DNA from: an uncultured bacterium
Lineage (GTDB): Bacteria; Patescibacteriota; Minisyncoccia; Phycocordibacterales; DATDWN01
Assembly: GCA_963727715.1 (NCBI GenBank)
Contig: CAVSGX010000006.1
Span: forward strand, 12,632 to 76,631
DNA length: 64,000 nucleotides
Direction of reading: 5' to 3'
Shown piece by piece: positions 10,763 to 20,514 of the stretch; position 1 is the first letter of the stretch; each line of letters begins with the position of its first letter. Under the pieces are notes generated by a model that saw only the letters and a list, made by a program, of their open reading frames with translations, made no database searches and was not told the origin of the DNA. The position numbers and the translations under genes were made by a program.

Positions 10763-10864
10763 ATGAGTTCTCAGCAAATTGTAGGAATTTTAGGAGCACT
10801 TGCTTTGTTTATTATCGGGCTCATGCAGGCAGTTGCTCTTAGGCGCATCTTTCGGGGAAATTAA
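10763..10864 (+). CDS. 33-aa single-TM small protein (MSSQQIVGILGALALFIIGLMQAVALRRIFRGN)
   Basis: TTGACA(10714)-17-TTTAAT promoter, AGAGGA SD, hairpin+T terminator 10892-10924; below ORF-track cutoff. Confidence 0.55.
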   Translation: MSSQQIVGILGALALFIIGLMQAVALRRIFRGN

Positions 10865-10943
10865 CAGCCCAAATGTTTCCGACTGAAACTATAAGCTATC
10901 GGGCATCATGCCGGTAGCTTTTTTAATAACTAATCACTAACAA

Positions 10944-11564
10944 CTAGTTACTATTCACTTTCTTATACTCCCCCACTTTCACCTTCGGGGCGCGGATGAG
11001 TTTGTTGTGCAATTTGTAGCCGGAGTTAATCACTTCTAAAATTTTACCGCCATCATCTTCATTTTCCACCTGCACGGTTTCTACTGCCTCATCGCGGTTG
11101 TGATCAAACTTTTCACCGAGCGGATTTACCACCGTAAGCCCGTGTTGGGCCAAGGCGTTTGAAAGCTGTGTGTGGATGTATTCAACACCCTTTCGCCAAT
11201 TTTCATCAACTTTCTCCCAAGCATCTTTGTTTTTGAAAGCCGATTCAAATGAATCAAGTGTCTGCAAAAGTTCGGTAATGATATCCTCTTTGGCGAATGT
11301 GGCAAACTTTTTCTGATTTTCCTCATCTTGTCTTCGGGCATTTACAAAGTCCGCTTTGTCTTTTTGCCAGCCGAAAAGTAGCTCGGCATTTTTCTTTTCC
11401 AGTTCTTTAATTCTCTCTTTCAGTTGTTTGACCTTCTGTGCGCTATCCGGTCCGGTCACTTCGGTGTTATCCTCAAACACAAAATCATCTCCAGCGTCGG
11501 TGTCCACCTCCGGTTCCTTTTCCTCTATCTCATTTTTTTTAATTTGGTTTGAATCGTCGTTCAT
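10944..11564 (-). CDS. grpE: Nucleotide exchange factor
   Basis: ADFVNARR, GEKFD, GYKLHNKLIRAPKVKV; start moved to ATG at 11564. Confidence 0.93.
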   Translation of the reverse strand: MNDDSNQIKKNEIEEKEPEVDTDAGDDFVFEDNTEVTGPDSAQKVKQLKERIKELEKKNAELLFGWQKDKADFVNARRQDEENQKKFATFAKEDIITELLQTLDSFESAFKNKDAWEKVDENWRKGVEYIHTQLSNALAQHGLTVVNPLGEKFDHNRDEAVETVQVENEDDGGKILEVINSGYKLHNKLIRAPKVKVGEYKKVNSN

Positions 11565-11595
11565 GTAGGTATGATAGCAAAAAATTACCGCTGAG

Positions 11596-11761
11596 TAAAA
11601 TTTCCGAAACATTTATTTTTCGAAGCATACGCAGGCGAGGAGCCGGTTTTGTCAATGACCCGAGCAAAGCGAGGACTCTTGACAAATCCGAGCCGAGGAC
11701 CGAGAAAGCTCGGCGCTGGCCGAGCTTTCGTCTTTGAAAAATAAATGTTTTGGAAATTTTA
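11596..11761 (+). repeat. Structured palindromic repeat, family A copy 2
   Basis: 30-bp terminal inverted repeat with two G-T pairs; conserved core CGCAGGCGAGGAGC...GAGCAAAGCGAGG...CCGAGCCGAGGAC. Confidence 0.85.
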
Positions 11762-12163
11762 TCGTTTCGACCACTTCGGCGCCTTCCTTGCTTTCTTCAA
11801 ACCGAATTTGCGTCGTTCTTTGGCACGCGGATCGCGCTTGAGCATCCCTTCTTTTTTCAGTGGTTTGCGAAGTTCGCCGGAGTGTTTGACCAGAGCCCTG
11901 GCGATACCATGACGCAGAGCTTCGGATTGTGAGTGAATTCCTCCGCCGACTATTTTGGCTGTCACTTTGAATTTCTCTGAAATATTTTCTAGAAATGGTT
12001 CACGGGCAATTTCCTGCATCTCTTCCACCGGAAAATATTGGTGCAATTCTTTTTCATTTATGATAATACTGTTTTTGGTGGCCGGTGTTAGGCGCACGCG
12101 AGCAATGGAAGTCTTGCGACGGCCGACAGCCTCAACGTATTTTTCTGTTTTTGTTTCTGCCAT
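11759..12163 (-). CDS. rpsI: 30S ribosomal protein S9
   Basis: GRRKTSIARV, RDPRAKERRKFGLKKARKAPKWSKR. Confidence 0.98.
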   Translation of the reverse strand: MAETKTEKYVEAVGRRKTSIARVRLTPATKNSIIINEKELHQYFPVEEMQEIAREPFLENISEKFKVTAKIVGGGIHSQSEALRHGIARALVKHSGELRKPLKKEGMLKRDPRAKERRKFGLKKARKAPKWSKR

Positions 12164-12166
12164 ATT

Positions 12167-12511
12167 TTATTCTGTAATTTTTAAATTGTTCAACATTTTG
12201 GCTCTCAATTTGTTTTTCGGCAACATTCCAGAGACAGCCTTTCTAAAAATTTCACTGTAACCTTTTTTCTCAATAACCTTCAACATAGTTGGTTGGGCCA
12301 GACCGCCCGGGTAGCCGGAATACTGACTGTATTTTTTTTGCTTCATTTTTTTCGGATCAATCAAAGCTTTGCTGGCGTTTTTTATTTCAACAATCGTGTC
12401 CGGGATGGAATTTCTGGAAAAATTTTTTTCGTTTTTACCCATCAAAAAAACGGCCGCCTGCGTGGCAATCCGCCCGACTCTTTTGTTTTCAGCATCAAGT
12501 GTATATTTCAT
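12167..12511 (-). CDS. rplM: 50S ribosomal protein L13 (short form)
   Basis: LDAENKRVGRIA, YSGYPGG, AVSGMLPKNKL; start ATG 12511. Confidence 0.93.
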   Translation of the reverse strand: MKYTLDAENKRVGRIATQAAVFLMGKNEKNFSRNSIPDTIVEIKNASKALIDPKKMKQKKYSQYSGYPGGLAQPTMLKVIEKKGYSEIFRKAVSGMLPKNKLRAKMLNNLKITE

Positions 12512-12515
12512 ATTT

Positions 12516-12863
12516 TTATACAAATTCAATAACGGCCTGTAGGCTGTTGTCAGAAAGCCGAGCTGGCAATTTTGTGATGCGTGTGTATCCGCCTTTTCGG
12601 TCTTTGTATTTCGGCGACAATTCACCCACTATTTTCTTGGCCCCGACATTGCCGATTTTCGCGGCTAAAGCTCTTTGAGCTGCAACAGTACCAGACATTC
12701 CTCTGGTTATCATTTTTTCCACGAAAGGTCGAAGGGCGCGGGCCTTGGCATCGGTTGTTTTTATTTTGCCTTTCAAAACCAAAGACAGGGCTAAAGAACC
12801 GATTAGAGCGTTTCTAACTTTTCTGACACGACCGAATTTTCTTTTTGAATTGTGATGTCTCAT
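12516..12863 (-). CDS. rplQ: 50S ribosomal protein L17
   Basis: MRHH...KIKTTDAKA, GGYTRI. Confidence 0.97.
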   Translation of the reverse strand: MRHHNSKRKFGRVRKVRNALIGSLALSLVLKGKIKTTDAKARALRPFVEKMITRGMSGTVAAQRALAAKIGNVGAKKIVGELSPKYKDRKGGYTRITKLPARLSDNSLQAVIEFV

Positions 12864-12882
12864 GATGATCAGATAATCTCTG

Positions 12883-13851
12883 TTATTTCAAAGTTATTCC
12901 CAGTTTGGTCAAAGCCTCTCTTATTTCACTTAAACCTTTTTCACCCATACCCTCAATGTTCAAAATTTCTTTTTCTTTCTTTCTGGAAAGTCCGCCGACT
13001 GTGCGGATGTTGGCATTGGACAAAGTGTTGAAAGTGCGAGCGGAAAGGTCTAATGTGTCAATGCGTGTTTTCAAAATGTCCTCACTCAATTCCATTTTTT
13101 CAGCCGAGCCGGCCTTCTTTTTTTCGGTGGCCGAAGCCGGCAAAACTTTTTCTTCTTCCTCCTTGAAACCGACGATGGCTTTAAGTTGATTTATCATTAT
13201 CTCAATTGATTTTTCCAGAGCGACCTTTGGCGTGATGGTGCCATCCGTTTCAATAAAAATTCTCAAGCGATTGAAATCAGTGCGATCTCCGACACGCATA
13301 TTTTCCACTTCATAGCTGACACGTCTGACCGGTGTAAAGATAGCGTCCAGGCCGATAAATCCTATGTCCAAGCGATTTTTTTGAAGAGTTTCTTTGGAAA
13401 CGAAACCCAAGCCTTTCTCAACAACAATCTCCATATCCAATTCGGCCGATTTGTCCGTCAATGTGGCGATGGTCATATCAGGATTTAAAATTTCCACACC
13501 ACCCGGCAGTTTGATGTCGCTGGCTTTAACTTCTTTCATACCCCTAACTTTTAAAGTCAATGTTTGTGGTTCGTCCGAAACCATTGAAATGCGAACTTTT
13601 TTCAAATTGAGCAGAATTGTGATGACATCCTCTTTGACTTTTGGCAGGACAGAAAATTCATGAGAAACGCCGGCTATTTTTACGGTAGTTATGGCCGAAC
13701 CAGGCAAAGACGACAAAATGATGCGTCGCAAAGAATTGCCCAAAGTATATCCATACCCCGGGTATAAGCCGTCAATTTCATATGTTCCATTAAAATCAAC
13801 TTCGGAGACAATCCTTGGTTTTGATGGCAAAACACTTGTGTAATCAGACAT
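12883..13851 (-). CDS. rpoA: RNA polymerase alpha subunit
   Basis: GYGYTLGNSLRRIILSSLPG, VENMRVGDRTDF, alpha-CTD. Confidence 0.98.
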   Translation of the reverse strand: MSDYTSVLPSKPRIVSEVDFNGTYEIDGLYPGYGYTLGNSLRRIILSSLPGSAITTVKIAGVSHEFSVLPKVKEDVITILLNLKKVRISMVSDEPQTLTLKVRGMKEVKASDIKLPGGVEILNPDMTIATLTDKSAELDMEIVVEKGLGFVSKETLQKNRLDIGFIGLDAIFTPVRRVSYEVENMRVGDRTDFNRLRIFIETDGTITPKVALEKSIEIMINQLKAIVGFKEEEEKVLPASATEKKKAGSAEKMELSEDILKTRIDTLDLSARTFNTLSNANIRTVGGLSRKKEKEILNIEGMGEKGLSEIREALTKLGITLK

Positions 13852-13949
13852 AAAAATAATTTTAAAATTAAAATTTTATAAAAAGTTGAAACAAAAACAA
13901 TGATACCTTATTTTTGATAAAAAATCAAATATTTCAGCCACCGATTTTC

Positions 13950-14552
13950 CTAACGACTATAAAACTCAATCACGGCGTTCAGATCAAACATATTTTCTGT
14001 CGGCACAAGCTGTGGCATACCCTGGACCTTGGCCAATTTTTTCTGCTTGTCAAAAGTCAACCATGGTGGCACAGACACCGAAGAATTGTCGTTTTTGTTG
14101 AACAAGCCGTTGGTCAAAGATCCTCCGCGGATAGAAATGGAATCGCCGATTGATAATCTTTGTGACGGTATGGTTATTCTCTTGCCATTTATAGTGATGT
14201 GACCATGAGAAACCATTTGGCGGGCAGCGCTTCTAGTCGGCGCCAGACCGAGTCTATAAACCACATTGTCTGCCCTAAGTTCTAAATTTTGAAAAATGGC
14301 GTTGGTCGGATGAGCAGATTTTTTTTGCAAAACTTCTTTGACGTAATTGGAAAATTGTCTTTCGGACAATCCGTAGATAAAGCGGGCTTTTTGTTTTTCG
14401 TTTAATTGAGCGCCGTATTCTGATTTCGGTTTGCCAAAACGAGTTGTCTTGGCTTTTCTTTCGGCGCGCAAAGAATACTTTTGAGTTTGAGTTTTCTCAA
14501 AAATCGGCGCTCCCACTCGTCTGGCTATTTTGTATTTTGGTCCGGTTTTCAT
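13950..14552 (-). CDS. rpsD: 30S ribosomal protein S4
   Basis: SEYGAQLNEKQK, ARQMVSHGHI, IEFYSR. Confidence 0.97.
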   Translation of the reverse strand: MKTGPKYKIARRVGAPIFEKTQTQKYSLRAERKAKTTRFGKPKSEYGAQLNEKQKARFIYGLSERQFSNYVKEVLQKKSAHPTNAIFQNLELRADNVVYRLGLAPTRSAARQMVSHGHITINGKRITIPSQRLSIGDSISIRGGSLTNGLFNKNDNSSVSVPPWLTFDKQKKLAKVQGMPQLVPTENMFDLNAVIEFYSR

Positions 14553-14585
14553 TTTGCGGATTACAATAAAATCAAATAATAAAAA

Positions 14586-15014
14586 TTACACACGTCGCGG
14601 TTTTTTCGGCTTCGGGCCGTTATGCGGGACCGGGGTGACGTCTTTGATGGATGTCAGTGAAATACCTTTGGAAATAAAACCCCGGATGCTTGATTCGCGT
14701 CCGGAACCGACGCCTTTAACAACAACCGAAACCTCTCTCATTCCCATAGTCCCAGCCTTTCCGCCTATCAATTCTCCGACTTTGGCCGCGGCAAAGGGAG
14801 TTCCTTTTTTGGCTCCTTTGAAACCCAAAGCTCCACTTGATGAAAATGTCAAAACATTTCCCTTTTTATCTGTCAGGACCAGTTTAGTGTTGTTGTAAGT
14901 CGATTCAACAAACAAAATACCGCTGTCGGCTTTCTTTTTGGAAATGGAAGCCACCTGAGGTTTGTTCTCTGATTCGGCTCCGTCTGTTGTTTTAACGATT
15001 CGTTTTTTACCCAT
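14586..15014 (-). CDS. rpsK: 30S ribosomal protein S11
   Basis: STYNNT, KKGTPFAA, DVTPVPHNG. Confidence 0.97.
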   Translation of the reverse strand: MGKKRIVKTTDGAESENKPQVASISKKKADSGILFVESTYNNTKLVLTDKKGNVLTFSSSGALGFKGAKKGTPFAAAKVGELIGGKAGTMGMREVSVVVKGVGSGRESSIRGFISKGISLTSIKDVTPVPHNGPKPKKPRRV

Positions 15015-15018
15015 ATTT

Positions 15019-15396
15019 TTATTTTTTATCCGCTATTTTTCGTCCAGTACCCATCGTCTTTTTCTTGCCCCTTAGGGTTCTGGCGTTGGTTTTGGTTCTT
15101 TGACCTCTGGAAGGCAGACCACGTGAATGACGAGCACCGCGATAAGATTTGATATCCTTCAGTCGTTTTATATTGCCAGCCACTTCCCTTTTCAAATCAC
15201 CTTCTATTTTGTAGCTCTCAACAATTTTTCTTATGGCATTTTCTTGCTCAACGGTCAGCTCGTTTGGTTTCAATCCAAAACCGACATTGGCTTTTTTCAA
15301 AATAGTGTGAGCCAACGGTCGGCCAATGCCATAAAGCACGGTCAAACCGATTTCAATTCTCTTTTTCTCCGGCAATGTGATTCCAAGTATGCGCAT
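15019..15396 (-). CDS. rpsM: 30S ribosomal protein S13
   Basis: YGIG, SYRGARH, GQRTKTNART. Confidence 0.97.
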   Translation of the reverse strand: MRILGITLPEKKRIEIGLTVLYGIGRPLAHTILKKANVGFGLKPNELTVEQENAIRKIVESYKIEGDLKREVAGNIKRLKDIKSYRGARHSRGLPSRGQRTKTNARTLRGKKKTMGTGRKIADKK

Positions 15397-15402
15397 AATT
15401 TT

Positions 15403-15519
15403 TTATCCTTGTCTTTGTTTATGTCTGGCGTTGGCTTTGCAGACAACATAAACATAACCCTTACGACGAACGGTTTGACATTTCGGACATATTTTTTTAA
15501 CGGAAGATTTTACTTTCAT
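15403..15519 (-). CDS. rpmJ: 50S ribosomal protein L36
   Basis: Manual translation [38 protein letters not shown]. Confidence 0.95.
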   Translation of the reverse strand: MKVKSSVKKICPKCQTVRRKGYVYVVCKANARHKQRQG

Positions 15520-15521
15520 TT

Positions 15522-15743
15522 TTATAATCTTTTAACTATACGGCCTTTACCGCCGTAGGGATCGATTTCCACTAAAACTTTATCACCAATCAAAACACGG
15601 ATTCTGTGCAGACGCATTTTACCAGAGAGATATGTCAATATCTCTTCATTTGTGTCGTCTATTTTGATCTTGAAGAAAGCGTTTGGCAATGCTTCTGTGA
15701 CAATGCCCGACACGACGCTATCCCTCTTGCTTTGGTTGTGCAT
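15522..15743 (-). CDS. infA: Translation initiation factor IF-1
   Basis: [27 protein letters not shown]. Confidence 0.95.
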   Translation of the reverse strand: MHNQSKRDSVVSGIVTEALPNAFFKIKIDDTNEEILTYLSGKMRLHRIRVLIGDKVLVEIDPYGGKGRIVKRL

Positions 15744-15842
15744 TAATTTAGCTTGTAGAATTTGTTCAAAATCTGAAAACAAAAAACTAACTCCGTTAAA
15801 GCATCAGATTTTTCACAGTTTCTAATACTAGCAAGAACGGGG

Positions 15843-17231
15843 CTATTTAGTCAAGAGATCCACCCTTTTTTGATCTTTCGGAATAGTTTGATTCCAAAAA
15901 GGATTGGTTTCAATCCAAACTTCAGAGATGGCCGGGTAGCCGGCAATAACTGTCCGAGCTTGATTTTTGGTCAATCCGAGAAGGTCCGATTTTAGTTTAT
16001 TTGCGTCAAAAACCCAGATTATTTTGGCATCTCCCGTTAAAGAAAAGTTCAATACTATTTGATTTGTTGAAGGATCAAACTGTGTTGTTCCGGTAGCATA
16101 TTCAAAATCAAGATTGTCCAAATTATCTATTTTAACTGTGTCATCTATGGAATAAATTGAAGCGATTGATCTGGTGAGCGATCCTCTGTCAAATATAACA
16201 CCGTAAGCCATTCCCTTTTGGTCCAAAACAGCTCCAGTATCGGTTGTGCTGGCCTGGATTGCCGGAGAAAAAGAGAAAGTCATACTGTTTTTGTACAAAA
16301 TAAAATTGGAAGGTATTTGAGAAACTATGTCGGTGGCCAAAGAATCTTTTAAATCTTTTTGCATTTCGGCTGAAGTGCTGGCCAATAATTGCGAAGAAAT
16401 TATGGTTTGCATACCGGAGAAACCGCCGGTCATTGGTGTCTTGGATTTGGCATATATTTGGCTGTATTTGGAACTGCCTTTAAGACCCGGGATAGTAAAA
16501 TCTTTCAGGCCGACATTATATTTATCTCCGGGCAAATCGGCGGTGGCAATTGTGGCGATACTGCCAGGAACCGTCGCGCCTGATTTGACCTGTTTTCCGG
16601 GAACAGTTATCGTTGAGTTTAAATGAAAAATTAAACCTTCCGGTGTTTCTAGGCGGGTGGTGGCGATCAATTTTTGCGATTGTGCTGTGTTATTGAAAAT
16701 AATAACCGTGCCACTGGCCTTTTTTTGAACTTCCGTTTGCCCGTTTCCAGCAACCGTTTTTTGGATATCTTTGCTTATGGTGACGATTTGAAAAGAGAGA
16801 CCGGAAACGTCGTTTTTATTTGCAACAAGATTCGAGCTTAAATGAACAGTTTGGTTTTTCGGCGCCACTGTTATCTTGGCGCTTTTAAACATGGCCGAAA
16901 TGCCGAAAACCAGAGCGACAATAAGTATGACCAGAGAAACATAAAAAATTTTCCGAGAAGTTTTTTTAGGTTGATTGTATTGATATTTGTAGAGAGAATC
17001 AGTTGGTGGTGATGTCTTGTCTGACGATTCGGAGTAATCAAATGTTGATGGTGAGGATTCCTTCTCCTCCGTGTTTTGAGGTTGGATGTAATCATCTTCC
17101 TTTTTACGGATTATCTCATTGATTCTTGAATCTACCTTTGGGCTCTCGGTTCTTCCGCGACGGACAGGGATTTCTATATTACGGATAGATTTTTTAGACG
17201 GGACAATATCTTGAAAAGGATTTTTTTTCAT
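15843..17231 (-). CDS. Single-TM protein with disordered N-terminus and baseplate-J-like beta-rich extracellular region
   Basis: TM at ~aa 95-114; ASGTVIIFN, TRL, ADLPGDKYN, GGFSG motifs. Confidence 0.55.
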   Translation of the reverse strand: MKKNPFQDIVPSKKSIRNIEIPVRRGRTESPKVDSRINEIIRKKEDDYIQPQNTEEKESSPSTFDYSESSDKTSPPTDSLYKYQYNQPKKTSRKIFYVSLVILIVALVFGISAMFKSAKITVAPKNQTVHLSSNLVANKNDVSGLSFQIVTISKDIQKTVAGNGQTEVQKKASGTVIIFNNTAQSQKLIATTRLETPEGLIFHLNSTITVPGKQVKSGATVPGSIATIATADLPGDKYNVGLKDFTIPGLKGSSKYSQIYAKSKTPMTGGFSGMQTIISSQLLASTSAEMQKDLKDSLATDIVSQIPSNFILYKNSMTFSFSPAIQASTTDTGAVLDQKGMAYGVIFDRGSLTRSIASIYSIDDTVKIDNLDNLDFEYATGTTQFDPSTNQIVLNFSLTGDAKIIWVFDANKLKSDLLGLTKNQARTVIAGYPAISEVWIETNPFWNQTIPKDQKRVDLLTK

Positions 17232-17291
17232 CTGGTAAATTGTACACTAACAAAACCTGTTTGGCAAAATAAATTGTTGATAAAAGGTATT

Positions 17292-17441
17292 AAACCCCAG
17301 GGCAAAAGACTTTGCCCACAGAGTGTTCGCTTCACTCACACTCTGCCTTGGCAAGCCGAGGGGTTTTAAATCTTTTTTCGCTCTCCTCGGCTCGGTAATG
17401 AGAAAGATTACTTTCTCATTACTCTCGCTCTACGTCGGCGA
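17292..17441 (-). repeat. Multi-hairpin intergenic element related to family A
   Basis: Four stems; minus strand carries GAGTGAAGCGA loop and CGAGCCGAGGA. Confidence 0.6.
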
Positions 17442-17470
17442 TAATTATGGGTAAAAGCATCAATTTTGAT

Positions 17471-18667
17471 TTAAAAAAAACTAGAGAAGACAGTTAAGAA
17501 AGAAAGAAAAATATTTGGCGCGAATTTTTTGTCGGCGTTGTACATATGTGACATCGATGCGGTGTCCAGAGGGAAAACTTGGACATTCTTTCTAAACTCG
17601 GAACTCTGATCGTTTTCCGGAGTTTTTATAAAATTGGAATATATATCAATGACATCACTTCCAGCCGTCAGATACATTACTTGTGGCAAAGTGACGTCTT
17701 TGGAAAGTTCTGTAAAAGAGTTTTCAAAATAAATAGACCATTCTTTTTCAGCTTCGGAGAGGACTTCCTTTATTTGTTTTGCAGTATCGTCATTTGTTTT
17801 TTTGGAGTTGTAAATTCGCAAGGAAGATTCGGCTACCTCAAATGGGACATCCAATTTTTTAGAGATTTGGCGTATGATGAAATTTCTTCCGGACGGGAAA
17901 GAGACAATTTCAGAAATGGATTTTTCAAAAACTAAAACAACATCTGTCATCTCGGCGGTGATATCCATAAATAAAAAATTATGCACTGTTGGAAATAATT
18001 TTTTTATTACAGCAAACGAAATAAAAGGAAAAGCCCTCATTGAAACATCATCTGTTTTTATGGAAAAGAATTTTAGTAATTGTTTATGAACAACATCATA
18101 CACCGGTTTTGACACAGCCGACATATATAGAGAAGCATCGAAATTTTTTGTTTTTTGTCCAAAAATATTTGTTGTTGAATAACCATTGACTCTGAAATTA
18201 CTGAAACTGCTTTCAATGACAACAAAATCGTCATCGGTGCTTTCCTCAGAAAGCGATTCTTTGATAAATACGCTTTTCTCGGATTCTAGGATGCTGTTGA
18301 AAAACTCATGATTTATTATAAAAAATCTTTCTTTTTTCAATTCAATTTTTTTTACTTTTGGGATAAACCATGGTGAAGAAAAAGAAACCAAGGCCGAATG
18401 AATGTGTTTATTTTTACCTTTCCAAAAAGGCAAATTCATTCCATTTTTCACGACCAAAGCCAGAGTCTGGCCGAGAAGCAAATCCATTTCTTTCGCCAGC
18501 TTGTTTTTCTCCGGATTTTTTTCTATTTTAAACGGCAAATGAACACTATATATGACAGTCGGTTTCTTCCCAATCCCAAAGGAAACAAGTCCGGCCGAAA
18601 CCGCACCACTACCGATATTGATGAGGAGCGTCACTTTTTCCTGTTTGACAAATAAAGAGGGAGACAT
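17471..18667 (-). CDS. Divergent FtsA/PilM-like actin-fold protein
   Basis: INIGSGAVS, MDITAEMT, SFPSG, LTAG resemble degenerate actin-like ATPase motifs. Confidence 0.55.
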   Translation of the reverse strand: MSPSLFVKQEKVTLLINIGSGAVSAGLVSFGIGKKPTVIYSVHLPFKIEKNPEKNKLAKEMDLLLGQTLALVVKNGMNLPFWKGKNKHIHSALVSFSSPWFIPKVKKIELKKERFFIINHEFFNSILESEKSVFIKESLSEESTDDDFVVIESSFSNFRVNGYSTTNIFGQKTKNFDASLYMSAVSKPVYDVVHKQLLKFFSIKTDDVSMRAFPFISFAVIKKLFPTVHNFLFMDITAEMTDVVLVFEKSISEIVSFPSGRNFIIRQISKKLDVPFEVAESSLRIYNSKKTNDDTAKQIKEVLSEAEKEWSIYFENSFTELSKDVTLPQVMYLTAGSDVIDIYSNFIKTPENDQSSEFRKNVQVFPLDTASMSHMYNADKKFAPNIFLSFLTVFSSFF

Positions 18668-18688
18668 GAGTATATTTTATCACAAATT

Positions 18689-20470
18689 TTATTCCAGTAC
18701 CGCTTTGATGCGACGAACACCGGCGGAGACGGCTTCTTCTTTGATGATTTTAAAGTGGCCGAGTTCGCCGATATTTTCCACATGCGGACCACCACAAAAT
18801 TCTTTGGAATAAGAGGTTTCAAGCGAATCGCCTATATAATAGACAGAAACCTCGTCGCCGTATTTGTCGCCAAATGTATGTGAGGCGCCTGTTTTTTCGG
18901 CCTCTTCCCTTTTCATTATAATTTTATGCACAGGAAGTTTTTCGGAAATTTTTTGGTTGACCATATCTTCCACTTTTTTCTTTTCCTCATCTGTCATCTT
19001 GTGCGGAAATGTAAAATCAAAACGCAATCGCTCCGCGGTAATATTACTCCCTTTCTGGGTAATCTCCGTTTTCAAAACATCCTCCAACGCTTGACGCAAG
19101 AGATGCGTAGCAGTGTGTAGTTTTTTATTTTCTTCACCAGCATCCGAAAGCCCACCCTTGAACATGCCAGCTGAAGATGTGCGAGAAAGCTCTTGGTGTT
19201 TTTGAAATTCTTTGTCAAATTCTTCTTTTATTGTTTTGGTCATAAACACTCCTTTTTCTCTGGCAACTTCGGTTGTTAATTCCAATGGCAAACCATATGA
19301 TGAGAAAAACATAAAAGCATCAGTGCCAGTCAATGTCATTCCATGTATTGAAAATTTTTCAAATTCTTTCAAACCGTTCTCCAAAGTTTTCTCAAACTTT
19401 TTTTCTTCTTGCTCGAGATTTTGCAAAACGAAATTTTTGTTTTTCAAAAGTTCCGGATAAATGTCTTTGTAAATTTCAATTACAACTTCAGCGACATCTT
19501 TTGTGAAAGATTTCATACCAAGCTGTTTGCCGTAGCGGACAGCGCGACGGATCAAACGACGCAAAACATAACCCTGTCCAGTGTTTGACGGTGCAATCCC
19601 TTTCTCATCGCCCAAAATGAACGTACCGGCTTTCATGTGATCGGCAATGATGCGCATAGCTTTCAAATTTTCCTCGTATTTTTTGCCGGAAAGTTTTTCA
19701 ATATTCTCTATTATCGGCCAGAACAAATCAGTTCTATAATTGTCGTCTAAATCATTAACTACTACCAAAGTTCTCTCCAAGCCCATTCCGGTATCCACAT
19801 TTTTTTGTGCCAGTTGTTCAAACTTTCCATCCTTTGTTTTATTGTACTGCATAAAAACATCATTCCAGATTTCCAGCCAAAGCGGATTGTCGTCGTTGAA
19901 AATTTCCGGCACCTGTTCGGGATCACCGACCCAATAAAACATTTCGGTGTCAGGTCCGCATGGGCCACTCTCGCCGGCCGGTCCCCACCAGTTGTTTTTT
20001 TTCGGCAGTTTGGCAATTCTTTTTTTCGGGATGCCCAAACTTTTCCAAGTTTCAAAAGCTTCGTCGTCAAAGGGCGCGTCCGAGTCTCCGGCAAAAACTG
20101 AAACAGCTAGACGATCTTTATCTAGTCCAAGCCATTTTGGCGATGTTAAAAATTCAAAACTCCAAGAGATTGCTTCTTTCTTCCAATAATCTCCCAAAGA
20201 CCAGTTGCCGAGCATTTCGAAAAAAGTGTGGTGGCAATAATCACCAACCTCGTCGATGTCGCCTGTGCGAATGCATTTTTGGACATCAACCAGTCGCGGG
20301 CCAAGCGGGTGTTTTTCGCCGAGAAGATACGGCACCAAAGGGTGCATTCCGGCTGTAGTGAAAAGAACCGATGGATCGTTTTCGGGTACAAGAGAAGCCG
20401 ATGGGATAATTGCATGTCCCTTTTCCTTGAAAAACTGCAAATATTTTTGGCGAATTTCTTTTGATGTCAT
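18689..20470 (-). CDS. alaS: Alanine--tRNA ligase (short form, no C-Ala domain)
   Basis: LFTTAGM, FFEMLGNWS, DTGMGLER, HTATHLL, EFCGGPH. Confidence 0.96.
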   Translation of the reverse strand: MTSKEIRQKYLQFFKEKGHAIIPSASLVPENDPSVLFTTAGMHPLVPYLLGEKHPLGPRLVDVQKCIRTGDIDEVGDYCHHTFFEMLGNWSLGDYWKKEAISWSFEFLTSPKWLGLDKDRLAVSVFAGDSDAPFDDEAFETWKSLGIPKKRIAKLPKKNNWWGPAGESGPCGPDTEMFYWVGDPEQVPEIFNDDNPLWLEIWNDVFMQYNKTKDGKFEQLAQKNVDTGMGLERTLVVVNDLDDNYRTDLFWPIIENIEKLSGKKYEENLKAMRIIADHMKAGTFILGDEKGIAPSNTGQGYVLRRLIRRAVRYGKQLGMKSFTKDVAEVVIEIYKDIYPELLKNKNFVLQNLEQEEKKFEKTLENGLKEFEKFSIHGMTLTGTDAFMFFSSYGLPLELTTEVAREKGVFMTKTIKEEFDKEFQKHQELSRTSSAGMFKGGLSDAGEENKKLHTATHLLRQALEDVLKTEITQKGSNITAERLRFDFTFPHKMTDEEKKKVEDMVNQKISEKLPVHKIIMKREEAEKTGASHTFGDKYGDEVSVYYIGDSLETSYSKEFCGGPHVENIGELGHFKIIKEEAVSAGVRRIKAVLE

Positions 20471-20514
20471 ACATATATATTGACACAAAACAGAAGAAAA
20501 TTAAAGGTTAAATT

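Noticed and set aside
10136-11600. CIRCE/HrcA operator near grpE-dnaK
   Set aside because: No TTAGCACTC-N9-GAGTGCTAA found; the inverted repeats here belong to family A
18689-20470. AlaRS lacking the C-Ala domain as a novelty
   Set aside because: Short AlaRS forms are common in reduced genomes; aminoacylation and editing motifs are intact
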